A stretch of 49,120 nt of DNA from Betaproteobacteria bacterium (GCA_029864385.1 JAOTTL010000002.1:1-49120), one strand, 5' to 3'. Shown: positions 1-12,761, counted from the stretch's first letter. Notes: generated by a model not told the origin, from the sequence alone. Made by a program: numbers and translations.

Positions 1-350
1 GCGCCACCTATGCCGCGCGCATCGGCAAGGGCGAGTCGGAAATCGATTGGCGGCGCCCCGCCGGCGAACTCGAGCGGCAGGTGCGCGCCTTCAATCCCTC
101 CCCGGGCGCTTATACGCAACTCGGCCCTGCAGCACTCAAAATCTGGGGTGCGCGCGTTGAACCACAAATCTCCGGCGCGCCTGGCACTGTCTGTGCTGTG
201 GCGGCCGATAGCGTCGTGGTGGCGTGCGGCAACGGCGCGCTGCGTATCACCGAACTGCAGCGTGCCGGCGGCAAGCGCCTCTCGGCCGAGGCTTTCCTTG
301 CGGGCTTCAACCTCGAACCGGGCATGTGCTTGGGAGGCAGCGATGGTTGA
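1..350 (+). CDS. fmt: methionyl-tRNA formyltransferase, C-terminal part (gene starts upstream of window)
   Basis: Frame 3 is open from the window edge to TGA 348-350. The translation ..TYAARIGKGESEIDWRRPAGELERQVRAFNPSPGAY..LRITELQRAGGKRLSAEAFLAGF matches the conserved Fmt C-terminal domain. It is followed by rsmB, as in the common fmt-rsmB pair. Confidence 0.85.
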   Translation, partial: ATYAARIGKGESEIDWRRPAGELERQVRAFNPSPGAYTQLGPAALKIWGARVEPQISGAPGTVCAVAADSVVVACGNGALRITELQRAGGKRLSAEAFLAGFNLEPGMCLGGSDG

Positions 351-1626
351 AGTCCAGCGGCTCGCGGCCGGCTTAGTCGGCGGCGTCCTGGCCGGGCGCA
401 GCCTGAACGCCGAGCTGGCGGCCCTGTGGCGCCGACGGGCGCAAAGCGCTGCGCGCGACCGCAGTGCCATCCAGGATTTGGCCTATGGGACGCTGCGCTT
501 TCTCGGCTGGCTGGAAGCTGTGCTCGAGGCATTGCTGCAGAAACCGCTCCGCGATACGCGCCTGCGCGCCCTGTTGCTGGTCGCCCTCTATCAGCTCGAA
601 CACACACGCGCCGCACCTCATGCGGTGGTTGACCACGCTGTGCGCACGTGTGAGGTGTTGGGGCTGGCGTCTGCCAAGGGGCTTACCAATGCCGTGCTGC
701 GGAACTTCCTGCGCGACCGCACCGCGCTTGGGGCGCGCGTGCAACGATTGGAAACCGCGCGTTTTTGCCATCCGCAGTGGTGGATCGAAAAGCTCCGCGC
801 GCAGTACCCGTCGCATTATGCAGCGGCACTTGAGGCGGACAACCTACACCCGCCGCTCGCTTTGCGGGTGAACCAGCGTCGAGTCGCCACCGAGACGTAC
901 CTTGCGCTGCTCGCGCAGCAAGGAATCCGCGCAGAGGCGATCGGTGAAACAGGTGTCGTCCTGGCATCGCCGCTCCCCGCCGATCGGATACCGGGGCTGG
1001 CCGACGGGCTGGTGTCCGTGCAGGACACCGCGGCTCAACTTGCCGCGCCGCTTCTCGATTTGCGCGATGGGATGCGGGTGCTGGATGCATGTGCCGCGCC
1101 GGGCGGCAAGACGACGCACGCGCTGGAGTTGGCCGACGTCGATCTCGTCGCGCTGGACAGTGACGAGCGGCGCCTGGAGCGGGTGCACGCCAACCTTGCG
1201 CGGCTGGGTCTGAACGCACGGGTGGTTTGCGGTGATGCGGCTGAGTCGGGGACATGGTGGGACGGAAAACCATTCGAGCGCGTTCTTGCCGACGTACCGT
1301 GCAGCGCATCGGGTGTCGCTCGGCGGCATCCCGATATCAAGTGGCTGCGTCGTGCGGCCGACGTTGCACAGTTCGCGCAAGTGCAAAGGCACATGCTGGA
1401 TGCGTTGTGGCAGCTGCTTGGCAGAGGTGGTAAATTGCTGTACGCGACCTGCTCCGTCTTCCTGGAAGAGAACGGTGAGCAGGTTGCGCACTTTGTGGAG
1501 CGCCACCCCGACGCGACGCGTCTGACCTTGCCCGCACTCGATGACGATCCACGCCTACCCGCGGGGCAACTCCTCCAAACCCCGCGGCATGACGGCTTTT
1601 TCTATGCGCTACTGCAGAAGGCATAG
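343..1626 (+). CDS. rsmB: 16S rRNA (cytosine967-C5)-methyltransferase
   Basis: ATG 343 overlaps the fmt stop (ATGGTTGA). NusB-like N-terminal half, then SAM m5C-methyltransferase motifs VLDACAAPGGKT, DVPCSASGV, LLYATCS, DGFFYA. The longer 10..1626 reading overlaps fmt and is rejected. Confidence 0.9.
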   Translation: MVEVQRLAAGLVGGVLAGRSLNAELAALWRRRAQSAARDRSAIQDLAYGTLRFLGWLEAVLEALLQKPLRDTRLRALLLVALYQLEHTRAAPHAVVDHAVRTCEVLGLASAKGLTNAVLRNFLRDRTALGARVQRLETARFCHPQWWIEKLRAQYPSHYAAALEADNLHPPLALRVNQRRVATETYLALLAQQGIRAEAIGETGVVLASPLPADRIPGLADGLVSVQDTAAQLAAPLLDLRDGMRVLDACAAPGGKTTHALELADVDLVALDSDERRLERVHANLARLGLNARVVCGDAAESGTWWDGKPFERVLADVPCSASGVARRHPDIKWLRRAADVAQFAQVQRHMLDALWQLLGRGGKLLYATCSVFLEENGEQVAHFVERHPDATRLTLPALDDDPRLPAGQLLQTPRHDGFFYALLQKA

Positions 1627-2170
1627 CTGGCTTTTTGTGCTGGCAGTGCTGTGGCTGCTTATCGCCGCCCCCGTTGCGGTACTTGCCGGGGGGGTCGAGG
1701 TTCGGAAGGGAGCGCTGGTGGCCTCGGAGAAGGGCTATTTTCTCGAGGCCGAGTTCGAGATTGCACTTACGCGCACGCTGGAAGAGGCGCTGAGCAAAGG
1801 CGTTCCGCTCTATTTTCTGCTCGAATTCGAGCTCATTCGGCCTCGCTGGTACTGGATAGACGAGCAGATCGCCGACAGCCGGCAGCAATTCCGTCTGTCG
1901 TTCAATTCACTGACCCGGCAGTACCGCGTCGCCGTCGGCGCGCTCTATCAGAATTTCGCCACGCGGCGCGAAGCAATGGGGTTCCTGAGTAAGGTCCGTG
2001 TCGGTGAGATTGCGGGGACCGAAAGTCTGAGCAAGGGCACGAGCTATATCGCCGGCGTGCGATTACGCCTGGACGACGCGCAATTGCCGCGGCCATTTCA
2101 AGTGAGCGCCGTGGGTTCGCGCCAGTGGAGTGTCAGCTCCGACTGGTTCCGCTGGACAGTGACACCGTGA
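1604..2170 (+). CDS. DUF4390-like periplasmic/membrane-anchored protein
   Basis: ATG 1604 gives a signal-anchor (WLFVLAVLWLLIAAPVAVLAG). YFLEAEFEI..GVPLYFLLEFELIRPRWYW resembles the family found between rsmB and ntrY in betaproteobacteria. The stop overlaps the ntrY start (GTGATG). The start choice is an inference. Confidence 0.7.
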   Translation: MRYCRRHSWLFVLAVLWLLIAAPVAVLAGGVEVRKGALVASEKGYFLEAEFEIALTRTLEEALSKGVPLYFLLEFELIRPRWYWIDEQIADSRQQFRLSFNSLTRQYRVAVGALYQNFATRREAMGFLSKVRVGEIAGTESLSKGTSYIAGVRLRLDDAQLPRPFQVSAVGSRQWSVSSDWFRWTVTP

Positions 2171-4377
2171 TGGCTGCGGCGCCGAGAATTCGCCCGCCGC
2201 TCGCGAGCGCCGCGGTCCGCTATCTGCTGATCCTCAGCGTGGGGCTCGGCGCCATTGCGCTGTTCCTGCTCGCCACAGCAAGTAGCGACCCCGCCCTGTT
2301 CGCCGAGTTTTACCCGCTGCTGCTGGTTCTGAACGGCGGCGTCGCCGTCATGTTGACGGGGCTGGTGATCTACCAGCTCGTCAGGCTCCGGGGCAAGCTC
2401 AAGGCGCGGGTTTTTGGGGCCCGGCTGACGCTGCGGCTGGTGCTGCTGTTCGCGTTAATGGCGGTGCTCCCCGGCGCCCTGATCTACGGGATGTCAGTGC
2501 AGTTTCTGGGGCGCTCGATTGAAGCGTGGTTTCAGGTTCCCGTGGACAAGGCACTGGAGGGGGGTATCAATCTCGGCCGCGGGATGCTCGACGCCATGCT
2601 GAGAGACCTCGATGCTAAGGCCGACACGATGGCGCTCACTCTCTCCACGCGCCCGCCCGCGGAACATCTTGCGGTGCTCAACAGTCTTCGCGAGCAGGCT
2701 GCGGTTCAGGAGGTCACGCTGTTCAACATGCGCGGCAAGGTACTCGCTGTCGCGGGCAACGAACAGGTTGGCCTCATGCCGCAGCTGCCCGGGGCCGCGG
2801 CGTTGCGAGAACTGCGTTCGCGTCGCAGCTATAGCGCGGTCGAATCGATCCCGGGCAAGGGACTCTACCTGCGCGTGCTGGTGCCGATATCCATGCTGCG
2901 CCTCGCGGATGAGGTGCGGGTACTCCAGCTGCTGCAGCCCGTGCCCATGCGGCTTGCGCAGGATGCGGAAGCGGTGCAGTCGGGATACCGCGAGTACCAG
3001 GAGCTCGCGCTATCGCGGAGGGGGCTGAAACGGCTCTACGGGCTGACGCTAACGCTCACGTTGTTGCTCGCGTTGCTTTCTGCTGCAGCGCTCGGGTTTC
3101 TACTCTCCGATCGTCTTTCGGCACCGCTCAGCGCGCTGGTCGAGGGCACGCGGGCCGTGGCCCAAGGCGACTACAGCCAACGCGCGGCGGTGGCATCGAG
3201 CGACGAGCTTGGTGTGCTGACGCAATCGTTTAACAGCATGACGCTGCAACTGGCAGAAGCGCGGGCCACAGCGGAGCGGCATCAGGCCGAGCTCGCGCAA
3301 GCGATGGCGTACCTGGAGGGTATCGTGGCCCATTTATCGGCCGGTGTGCTCGCTTTCGACGAGGCGCTGGAGTTGCGCGCGGCCAACCGCAGCGCGGGTA
3401 CGATCCTCGGCGTCGATTTTACGCCTCTCATGGGCGCTACCCCACAGCGCTGGCCCGCGATCGCTCCAGGCCTTTCCGAGCTGGCCCGCAAGATTTCCTC
3501 TGCTTTCGAGGAAGCGGGCGGCCAGGAATGGGAGCAGCAGGTGGAGCGCCGCTCGCGCCGCTCGAATCAGCTGTTGCTCCTGCGCGGCACGCAGCTGCCG
3601 CAGGGCACGGAGCGGGGCTACGTGGTGGTGTTCGACGATATTACCCATCTTGCCGAGGCGCAGCGCGCGGCGGCCTGGGGCGAAGTCGCGCGGCGGCTCG
3701 CGCACGAGATCCGCAACCCGCTTACGCCGATACAGCTCTCGGCCGAGCGGTTGCAGCTGAAGCTCGAGGGCAAGCTCGGGGGCAGAGACGCCGATATCCT
3801 CTCGCGCTCGACCCGGACGATCGTCAACCAGGTCGCGGCGCTGAAGAACATGGTCGACGCCTTCAGCCAGTACGCGCGTAGCCCCGAGGCCGCGATGCGC
3901 GAGCTCGACATCAACGCGCTCGCGCAGGAGGTGCTCGTGCTGTACGAATCTTCGCTGGGCCAGGCGGTTCGGCTGGAGCTCATGCCGGGCCTGCCGCCGG
4001 TGCTGGGCGATGCTGGTCAGCTGCGCCAGGTCATCCACAACCTGCTGCAGAACGCGCAGGACGCGTTGGTGGACACCCCGCAACCGCAGGTGGTCGTAGC
4101 GAGCAGCTTCGTGGACCGCGCCATGCAGCTCACCTTCACCGACAATGGCTGCGGATTTCCCGAGGAATTGATTCAGAGGGCATTCGAGCCCTATGTCACC
4201 ACCAAGCCCAAGGGCACGGGCCTGGGATTGGTGATCGTCAAGAAGATTGTGGAAGAGCATGGGGGCACGGTCGCGATCGCGAACGTGGCGCCCCGCGGGG
4301 CGCAGGTCACCGTCCGGCTGCCCACCGCAATCACGCAAGATTCGGCGCGCCGCTCGGGCGCCCGAGCCAAGGTGTAA
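2170..4377 (+). CDS. ntrY: PAS/HAMP sensor histidine kinase, NtrY type
   Basis: N-terminal TM helices; HAMP (LSAPLSALVEGTRAVAQGDYS..ELGVLTQSFNSM); PAS region; H-box ARRLAHEIRNPLTPI; ATPase G-boxes DNGCGFP and GTGLGL. Directly upstream of ntrX. Confidence 0.85.
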   Translation: MAAAPRIRPPLASAAVRYLLILSVGLGAIALFLLATASSDPALFAEFYPLLLVLNGGVAVMLTGLVIYQLVRLRGKLKARVFGARLTLRLVLLFALMAVLPGALIYGMSVQFLGRSIEAWFQVPVDKALEGGINLGRGMLDAMLRDLDAKADTMALTLSTRPPAEHLAVLNSLREQAAVQEVTLFNMRGKVLAVAGNEQVGLMPQLPGAAALRELRSRRSYSAVESIPGKGLYLRVLVPISMLRLADEVRVLQLLQPVPMRLAQDAEAVQSGYREYQELALSRRGLKRLYGLTLTLTLLLALLSAAALGFLLSDRLSAPLSALVEGTRAVAQGDYSQRAAVASSDELGVLTQSFNSMTLQLAEARATAERHQAELAQAMAYLEGIVAHLSAGVLAFDEALELRAANRSAGTILGVDFTPLMGATPQRWPAIAPGLSELARKISSAFEEAGGQEWEQQVERRSRRSNQLLLLRGTQLPQGTERGYVVVFDDITHLAEAQRAAAWGEVARRLAHEIRNPLTPIQLSAERLQLKLEGKLGGRDADILSRSTRTIVNQVAALKNMVDAFSQYARSPEAAMRELDINALAQEVLVLYESSLGQAVRLELMPGLPPVLGDAGQLRQVIHNLLQNAQDALVDTPQPQVVVASSFVDRAMQLTFTDNGCGFPEELIQRAFEPYVTTKPKGTGLGLVIVKKIVEEHGGTVAIANVAPRGAQVTVRLPTAITQDSARRSGARAKV

Positions 4378-4395
4378 ACTAAGCGCTCGCACTCT

Positions 4396-5658
4396 ATGCA
4401 GCACATACTTGTCGTAGACGACGAAGTCGGTATTCGCGAGCTGCTCTCCGAGATCCTCGGCGACGAGGGTTATCAGGTGCGGCTGGCGGAGAACGCGAGT
4501 GAGGCACGCACGCAGCGAACGCGCGCGCGCCCGGACTTGGTGTTGCTCGATATCTGGATGCCGGATACTGATGGCATCACCCTGCTCAGGGAGTGGTCGA
4601 GCGCCGGCCTCCTCACGATGCCGGTCGTCATGATGTCGGGGCATGGCACGATCGACACGGCGGTCGAGGCCACGCGCATTGGCGCCTACGATTTCCTCGA
4701 GAAGCCAATCGCCCTGCAAAAGCTGCTCGCGACGGTCGGCCGCGCCCTGAAGCACGGTGGCGAGCAGTCACGGCCCGCCCTGTCGCTTGCGAGTCTCGGG
4801 CGGGGCGCCCTGATTACCGAGCTCAAACAGCGCCTGGAGCGGGTCGCGAATCTGCGCACGCCCCTTCTCCTCACTGGCGAGCCCGGCTGCGGCATCGAGC
4901 TGGCCGCGCGCTTTCTTCACCAACGCAATACGCCGTGGGTTGCGCCGGAGAATCACGGCGTGCTGGCCGAGGCGCCGCTCGAGCTGCTCGGGCAGGCGCG
5001 CGAGGGCAACGTGTTCCTGCACGAGATTGCGGACCTTTCGCGCGTCGAGCAGAAGGGCCTCTTGCTGGCCGTCTCAAAGCTCGAGCGCTACAACGTGCGG
5101 CTCATCTGCGGCGCCTCCCGTGACCTGGCCGAGTTGGTGGCGAGTGGTGTCTTTGACAGCCGCCTCTTCGGCGCGCTCGCTGCGACCATGATCCGGGTGC
5201 CGAGCCTGCGCGAGCACCGGGAGGACGTGCCTGACCTCGCAAACCTGATGCTAACTCGGATGGTAGAGGCGAAGGAAATCCCGCCGCGGCAGTTTTCGAC
5301 CGGCGCGCTAAATTCGTTGCGCAATTTCGACTGGCCGGGAAACCTCACTCAGCTCGAAAGTGTGGTGCGCACGCTGGCGACGACGGCCTCCGCAGAGCAG
5401 ATCTCTCTCGAGGACGTGAGCCAAGGTCTCCCGCAACCCCCCCCGGCCGCGAATGTTGCCCACGACCTGCCATTCGACCTGCCGCTGCGGGATGCGCGCG
5501 ACGCCTTTGAGCGCGTCTACTTCGAGTATCACATCGCGCGGGAAGGCGGCAACATCAGCCGTGTCGCCGACAGTGTCGGCCTGGAGCGCACCCACCTCTA
5601 TCGCAAGCTGAAGCAGCTTGGCATCCGGCTCGCAAGAAAGAACGGCGAAGCGGCCTAG
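4396..5658 (+). CDS. ntrX: NtrX-type response regulator (receiver + degenerate AAA+ + Fis-type HTH)
   Basis: Receiver domain (ILVVDDE..DLVLLDIWMPDTDG), central NtrC-like domain, C-terminal HTH (GNISRVADSVGLERTHLYRKLKQLGI). Walker A reads GEPGCGIE and no GAFTGA loop is visible. Confidence 0.85.
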   Translation: MQHILVVDDEVGIRELLSEILGDEGYQVRLAENASEARTQRTRARPDLVLLDIWMPDTDGITLLREWSSAGLLTMPVVMMSGHGTIDTAVEATRIGAYDFLEKPIALQKLLATVGRALKHGGEQSRPALSLASLGRGALITELKQRLERVANLRTPLLLTGEPGCGIELAARFLHQRNTPWVAPENHGVLAEAPLELLGQAREGNVFLHEIADLSRVEQKGLLLAVSKLERYNVRLICGASRDLAELVASGVFDSRLFGALAATMIRVPSLREHREDVPDLANLMLTRMVEAKEIPPRQFSTGALNSLRNFDWPGNLTQLESVVRTLATTASAEQISLEDVSQGLPQPPPAANVAHDLPFDLPLRDARDAFERVYFEYHIAREGGNISRVADSVGLERTHLYRKLKQLGIRLARKNGEAA

Positions 5659-5689
5659 GCGGTAAAGGGAGCGAGCCAGGTCGCGCTCA

Positions 5690-5714
5690 CCGGGTTCTTG
5701 CCCCGGGTTTTTTC
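5690..5714 (+). terminator. weak rho-independent terminator candidate after ntrX
   Basis: CCGGG (5690-5694) / CCCGG (5702-5706) stem followed by the T-run 5708-5713. Confidence 0.35.
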
Positions 5715-5791
5715 AATTCAGCGAGGCAGCCCTACGACCCCGGTTTATAATTGGTGCACTTCCGCTTTGCCCCCCGCAAGGACTAGACAGG

Positions 5792-7792
5792 ATGAGTTCC
5801 CGCGCTGAACTGGCCAACGCGATCCGCGCGCTGGCGATGGACGCCGTGCAACAGGCCAAATCCGGGCACCCGGGCATGCCGATGGGCATGGCGGAGATCG
5901 CGGAGGTCCTCTGGAACGATCACCTGCGTCACAACCCGGGCAATCCGTCCTGGCCGAACCGCGACCGCTTCGTCCTTTCGAACGGGCACGGCTCGATGTT
6001 GTTGTACTCGGTGCTTCATCTCACGGGCTACGACCTGCCCATGGCGGAGCTCAAGCGCTTTCGGCAAATGCACTCGAAGACGCCGGGTCATCCCGAGTAC
6101 GGCTGTGCGCCAGGGATCGAGACGACGACCGGCCCGCTCGGACAAGGCCTCGGCAATGCCGTGGGCCTGGCGCTCGCCGAACGCCTGCTCGCAGCCGAGT
6201 TCAATCGACCGGGGTTCGACATCGTCGACCACCATACCTACGCTTTTCTCGGCGACGGCTGCATGATGGAAGGCATCTCGCACGAGGTTTGCGCGCTCGC
6301 CGGAACTCTGGGACTGGGCAAGCTCGTCGCCATCTACGACGACAACAGCATCTCCATCGATTCGGGAAAAGGCCAGATCCGGCAATGGTACACGGACGAC
6401 GTCAAGCGGCGATTCGAGGCGTATGGCTGGCAGGTGATCCCGAACGTCGATGGTCATGACGTCGACGCGGTGAACCGGGCGATCAGGAAGGCGCGTCGCG
6501 AGAAATCCAGGCCGACGTTGATCTGTGCAAAGACGATCATTGCGAAAGGGGCACCGTCCAAGGCCAACACCGGCGCCGCGCACGGTGAACCGCTCGGCGA
6601 AAAGGAGATTACCGCGACCCGCGAGGCACTGGGCTGGGGGCACCCGCCTTTCGAGCTGCCGGCAGCCGTGTACGAAGGCTGGGACGCGCGCAAGCGCGGC
6701 GCCTCCGCCGAAAGGCGCTGGAAACGCCTGATTTCCGCCTACGAGAAGCAATATCCCGCCGAGGCCGGGGAATTCTGGCGGCGCAGCGCGGGCGAGCTGC
6801 CGAGCGATTTCGCGGCGCGGGTCGAGGCGTTGGTCAAGGAAACGGACTCGAAAGCGGAAACGCTTGCCACGCGCAAGGCATCGCAAAATGCGCTCGAAGT
6901 CCTGGTGGCAATGCTGCCGGAACTCGTGGGCGGCTCGGCCGACCTGACAGTTTCAAACCTGACCATGGTGAATGCATCGAAAGTGGTTGGGCACGAGGGC
7001 GGCGGCAATTATCTTTTCTACGGCGTGCGTGAATTCGGCATGTGCGCGATCATGAGTGGGCTGACACTGCATGGAGGCCTGATTCCGTACGGCGGCACGT
7101 TCCTCGTTTTCTCGGACTACGCGCGGAATGCGTTGCGCATGGCGGCGCTGATGGGGGTGCGCGTAATTTATGTATTTACGCACGACTCGATCGGCTTGGG
7201 CGAGGATGGGCCCACGCATCAGCCGATCGAGCATGCCGCAACGCTCAGGCTCATGCCCAACATGCACGTGTGGCGGCCGTGCGACACGGTGGAGTCGGTC
7301 GTGGCATGGTCTGCCGCGCTAGAGCGCAAAGATGGCCCGACGAGCCTGTTGCTCACGCGCCAGGCCGCGCCGTTCATGAAGCGCGCACCGGAACAGCTCG
7401 ACCTCATCCGGCGCGGCGGGTATGTGCTAGCGGACGCGGCCGGAGTGCCCCCAAGTTGCATCATCATTGCGACCGGCTCCGAGGTTGCGCTGGCGCTCGA
7501 AGCACACCGGCAGCTCGCGGCCGAAGGCATCGGGACACGGGTGGTATCCATGCCCTCAACCAACGTGTTCGATGGGCAGGACGAGGCCTATCGCGCGAGC
7601 GTTTTGCCGCGCGGCGTGCCGCGCGTGGCGGTCGAAGTCGGCGTGCCCGATTATTGGCGTAAGTACGTCGGTCTCGACGGCGCGGTAATCGGCATAGACC
7701 GCTTCGGCGAGTCAGCGCCGGCGGGGGAACTTTTCAAGTACTTCGGCTTCACACCAGAAAACGTTGCCGCCGTGGTGAAGGCGGCGCTTTAA
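5792..7792 (+). CDS. tkt: transketolase
   Basis: [21 protein letters not shown] motif [12 protein letters not shown], full length 666 aa. Confidence 0.95.
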   Translation: MSSRAELANAIRALAMDAVQQAKSGHPGMPMGMAEIAEVLWNDHLRHNPGNPSWPNRDRFVLSNGHGSMLLYSVLHLTGYDLPMAELKRFRQMHSKTPGHPEYGCAPGIETTTGPLGQGLGNAVGLALAERLLAAEFNRPGFDIVDHHTYAFLGDGCMMEGISHEVCALAGTLGLGKLVAIYDDNSISIDSGKGQIRQWYTDDVKRRFEAYGWQVIPNVDGHDVDAVNRAIRKARREKSRPTLICAKTIIAKGAPSKANTGAAHGEPLGEKEITATREALGWGHPPFELPAAVYEGWDARKRGASAERRWKRLISAYEKQYPAEAGEFWRRSAGELPSDFAARVEALVKETDSKAETLATRKASQNALEVLVAMLPELVGGSADLTVSNLTMVNASKVVGHEGGGNYLFYGVREFGMCAIMSGLTLHGGLIPYGGTFLVFSDYARNALRMAALMGVRVIYVFTHDSIGLGEDGPTHQPIEHAATLRLMPNMHVWRPCDTVESVVAWSAALERKDGPTSLLLTRQAAPFMKRAPEQLDLIRRGGYVLADAAGVPPSCIIIATGSEVALALEAHRQLAAEGIGTRVVSMPSTNVFDGQDEAYRASVLPRGVPRVAVEVGVPDYWRKYVGLDGAVIGIDRFGESAPAGELFKYFGFTPENVAAVVKAAL

Positions 7793-7814
7793 GCTTGGCA
7801 ATCAACGGGAATAA

Positions 7815-10009
<2,195 letters not shown>

Positions 10010-10016
10010 CGGCGCC

Positions 10017-10129
10017 GTTCAATGTTCCGGATTCCGAGTTCAAGGTTCTGGGCTTGACGTTCCACGCGACCCGCCAAGCCATTAGACTACAAACCCGGAA
10101 CTTGGAACGTTGAACCCGGAACTCGGAAC
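10017..10129. repeat. inverted heptad word arrays (5 x GTTCnnn / 5 x nnnGGAA) in the pgk-pyk spacer
   Basis: 10017-10051: GTTCAAT GTTCCGG ATTCCGA GTTCAAG GTTCTGG. 10094-10128: CCCGGAA CTTGGAA CGTTGAA CCCGGAA CTCGGAA. The arms are about 72% complementary, with a 41-nt spacer. Confidence 0.9.
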
Positions 10130-10135
10130 AGGCTG

Positions 10136-11563
10136 ATGCCCCGCCGCACCAAGATCGTCGCCACGCTCGGCCCCGCTTCGAGCGACAAGAAGACGCTTGC
10201 GCGCATGATCGATGCCGGGCTTGATGTCGTGCGCATCAACTTCTCGCACGGCGCCCCCGACGAACATCGCAAGCGCGTCGAGCTGGTGCGCGCGCTGGCG
10301 CGCAGGGCGGGCCGCGCGGTCGGCGTTCTGGTCGATTTGCAGGGCCCGAAGATCCGCATCGGCCGTTTCCGCGACGGCAAGGTGAACCTGAAGATGGGCG
10401 GGACATTCATGCTCGATGCGGAGTGTGAGCTTGGGGATGGGCACCGCGTCGGTCTCGACTACCGCAACCTTCCTAAAGACGTGGACGCCGGCGATACGCT
10501 GCTGCTCGACGATGGGCGCATCGTGCTAGGCGTGGCGTCCGTTCGCGGTTCGCGCATTCACTGTGTGGTGGAGCAGGGCGGTGTCTTGTCCAACAACAAG
10601 GGCATCAACCGTAAGGGTGGCGGCCTGACCGCGCCGGCGCTGACGGAAAAGGATATGCGCGACATCAAGCTGGCGGCTGAGTTGAAAGCCGACTTCCTCG
10701 GCGTGTCCTTCCCGCGCTCGGGGTCGGATATCCGCTGGGCGCGGGATCTTATGCACAAAGCCGGCGGCCGCGCACTGACCGTGGCGAAGATAGAGCGCGC
10801 GGAGGCCATTACGGCGCTGGAGGACATTCTTGACGCCGCAGATTGCATCATGGTGGCGCGCGGGGATCTAGCCGTCGAAGTGGGAGACGCCATAGTGCCT
10901 GCGCTGCAGAAGCGCATGATCCGCTTGGCACGCGAAAAGAACCGGATCACGATCACCGCAACGCAGATGATGGAGTCGATGATCAGCAATCCGATTCCGA
11001 CGCGCGCCGAGGTGTCCGACGTGGCCAATGCCGTCCTGGACGGCACCGACGCGGTGATGCTGTCGGCGGAGACGGCGACCGGCGGCTACCCGGTCGAGAC
11101 GGTGGCCGCAATGGCGCGTGTTTGCGCGGAAGCGGACAAGGAGGACGAGCCGGCCACCGACCGGCGGCGTAACCGGCCACCGGCGAATGTCGAGGAGTCA
11201 ATCGCACGGGCGACGGTTTTCACCTGCAATAACCTGAATATCAAGGCGGTATCGGCCATGACCCAGAGCGGGAACACGGTACTGCTGATGTCGCGAATGT
11301 CCACCAACGTGCCGATCTACGCGATGAGCGCGGGGGTCGAGACGCGACGCCGTGTCACGCTGTTCCGGGGCGTCTACCCGGTTAAGTTCAAAGGCGCTCG
11401 CGATCCCGAAAAGGCGCTTCACATGGCGGAGGATGAGCTCCTCAAGCGTGGCGCCGTGCAGATCGGGGACTACATGGTGCTGACGATCGGCGAGCCTTTC
11501 GGCAAGGTCGGCGGCACCAACACGATGAAGATCGTCCAGGTCGGCGAGCATCGGCGGGCCTAA
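10136..11563 (+). CDS. pyk: pyruvate kinase
   Basis: RRTKIVATLGPAS, IMVARGDLAVEVG, 475 aa. Confidence 0.95.
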   Translation: MPRRTKIVATLGPASSDKKTLARMIDAGLDVVRINFSHGAPDEHRKRVELVRALARRAGRAVGVLVDLQGPKIRIGRFRDGKVNLKMGGTFMLDAECELGDGHRVGLDYRNLPKDVDAGDTLLLDDGRIVLGVASVRGSRIHCVVEQGGVLSNNKGINRKGGGLTAPALTEKDMRDIKLAAELKADFLGVSFPRSGSDIRWARDLMHKAGGRALTVAKIERAEAITALEDILDAADCIMVARGDLAVEVGDAIVPALQKRMIRLAREKNRITITATQMMESMISNPIPTRAEVSDVANAVLDGTDAVMLSAETATGGYPVETVAAMARVCAEADKEDEPATDRRRNRPPANVEESIARATVFTCNNLNIKAVSAMTQSGNTVLLMSRMSTNVPIYAMSAGVETRRRVTLFRGVYPVKFKGARDPEKALHMAEDELLKRGAVQIGDYMVLTIGEPFGKVGGTNTMKIVQVGEHRRA

Positions 11564-11670
11564 TGGCTGTAAATGGTGAAGCGTGAATGGTGAATGATGA
11601 GTCGAAAGGGGTAAAATAAAGGGCTCAGGGTTTGTAGCGTTCTTCACCAGTCACAAGCTACCCGTCACGC
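11562..11670. repeat. inverted heptad arrays (GTGAnnn / nTCACnn) in the pyk-fba spacer
   Basis: 11562-11603: AATGGCT GTAAATG GTGAAGC GTGAATG GTGAATG ATGAGTC, starting in the pyk stop codon. 11643-11670: TTCACCA GTCACAA GCTACCC GTCACGC, the reverse-complement word type. Confidence 0.85.
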
Positions 11671-11687
11671 AATTCCGAGGAGTTCAT

Positions 11688-12722
11688 ATGTCCATTCATC
11701 CATTGGAAGCCGTCGCCCGCGCCATGGTCGCGGGCAGCAAGGGAATACTCGCCGCCGACGAGTCCACCGGCACGATCGAGAAACGCTTCACCGGTATCAA
11801 GGTTGAGAACACAGAAGAGAACAGGCGCGCCTACCGTGACCTTTTGTTCTCGGCCAAAGGCCTCGGGCAATACATCAGTGGCGTGATCCTCTATGACGAG
11901 ACGATCCGCCAGAAATCCGCCGACGGCACGCGGTTTGTCGAGCTGCTTGGCGGGGCCGGGATCATTCCCGGTATTAAGGTGGATACCGGCGCCAAGGACC
12001 TCGCGCAATGCCCGGGAGAGAAAGTCACCGAGGGACTCGACAATCTCGCAAAGCGCTGCGCCGAGTACGTGAAGCTGGGTGCCAAATTTGCCAAGTGGCG
12101 CGCGGTCATCGAGATCGGCACCGACATGCCGAGTTCGACGTGCATCGCGGCGAACGCTCACGCGCTGGGCCGCTACGCCGCAATCTGCCAGGAAGCTGGT
12201 TTGGTGCCGATCGTGGAGCCCGAAGTGCTCATGGATGGCAACCACATCATCCACCGCTGCGAAGAGGTTACGGAGTGGACCTTGAACGCCGTATACGAGG
12301 CGCTCTACGTGCATCGCGTCATTCTGGAACGTTCAGTGCTCAAGCCCTCCATGGTGATTTCCGGCAAGGACTGCCCAGAACAGGCGGAGGTCGCGGAGGT
12401 GGCCGAGCGCACGGTACGCGTTCTCAAGCGGTGCGTGCCGGCCGCGGTCACGGGCATCGTGTTCCTGTCGGGTGGCCAGAGCGATGAGCGGGCGACCCAG
12501 CACCTTAACGCTATGAACAAGATGTACAAGGGTCAGCTGCCATGGCCTTTGTCCTTCTCGTATGGGCGGGCGCTTCAGCAGCCCGCGCTGAAGGGTTGGA
12601 AGGGTTCGAGCGCCAACGTTGCGGCGGCGCAGGCGGCGTTGCTTCACCGTGCGCGGATGAACAGCCTGGCGTGCAGCGGGAGCTATACCGCGGACCTCGA
12701 ACGTCAGGCGCGTGCCGCCTAG
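11688..12722 (+). CDS. fructose-bisphosphate aldolase, class I
   Basis: GILAADESTGTIEKRF and the Schiff-base lysine context VLKPSMVISG. RBS GAGGAG. Confidence 0.9.
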   Translation: MSIHPLEAVARAMVAGSKGILAADESTGTIEKRFTGIKVENTEENRRAYRDLLFSAKGLGQYISGVILYDETIRQKSADGTRFVELLGGAGIIPGIKVDTGAKDLAQCPGEKVTEGLDNLAKRCAEYVKLGAKFAKWRAVIEIGTDMPSSTCIAANAHALGRYAAICQEAGLVPIVEPEVLMDGNHIIHRCEEVTEWTLNAVYEALYVHRVILERSVLKPSMVISGKDCPEQAEVAEVAERTVRVLKRCVPAAVTGIVFLSGGQSDERATQHLNAMNKMYKGQLPWPLSFSYGRALQQPALKGWKGSSANVAAAQAALLHRARMNSLACSGSYTADLERQARAA

Positions 12723-12737
12723 GCTGGCGGTTTTGTT
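12715..12737 (+). terminator. weak terminator candidate after the aldolase gene
   Basis: CCGCC (12715-12719) / GGCGG (12726-12730), 6-nt loop containing the stop codon, then TTTTGTT. Confidence 0.35.
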
Positions 12738-12761
12738 GCAGGCTCCCCGCCGCGCGACGAT

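Noticed and set aside
10-1626. 538-aa long form of the rsmB ORF starting at ATG 10
   Set aside because: The first 111 codons overlap the fmt coding frame and translate to Arg/Ala/Ser-rich nonsense. ATG 343 overlaps the fmt stop and begins the recognisable RsmB sequence.
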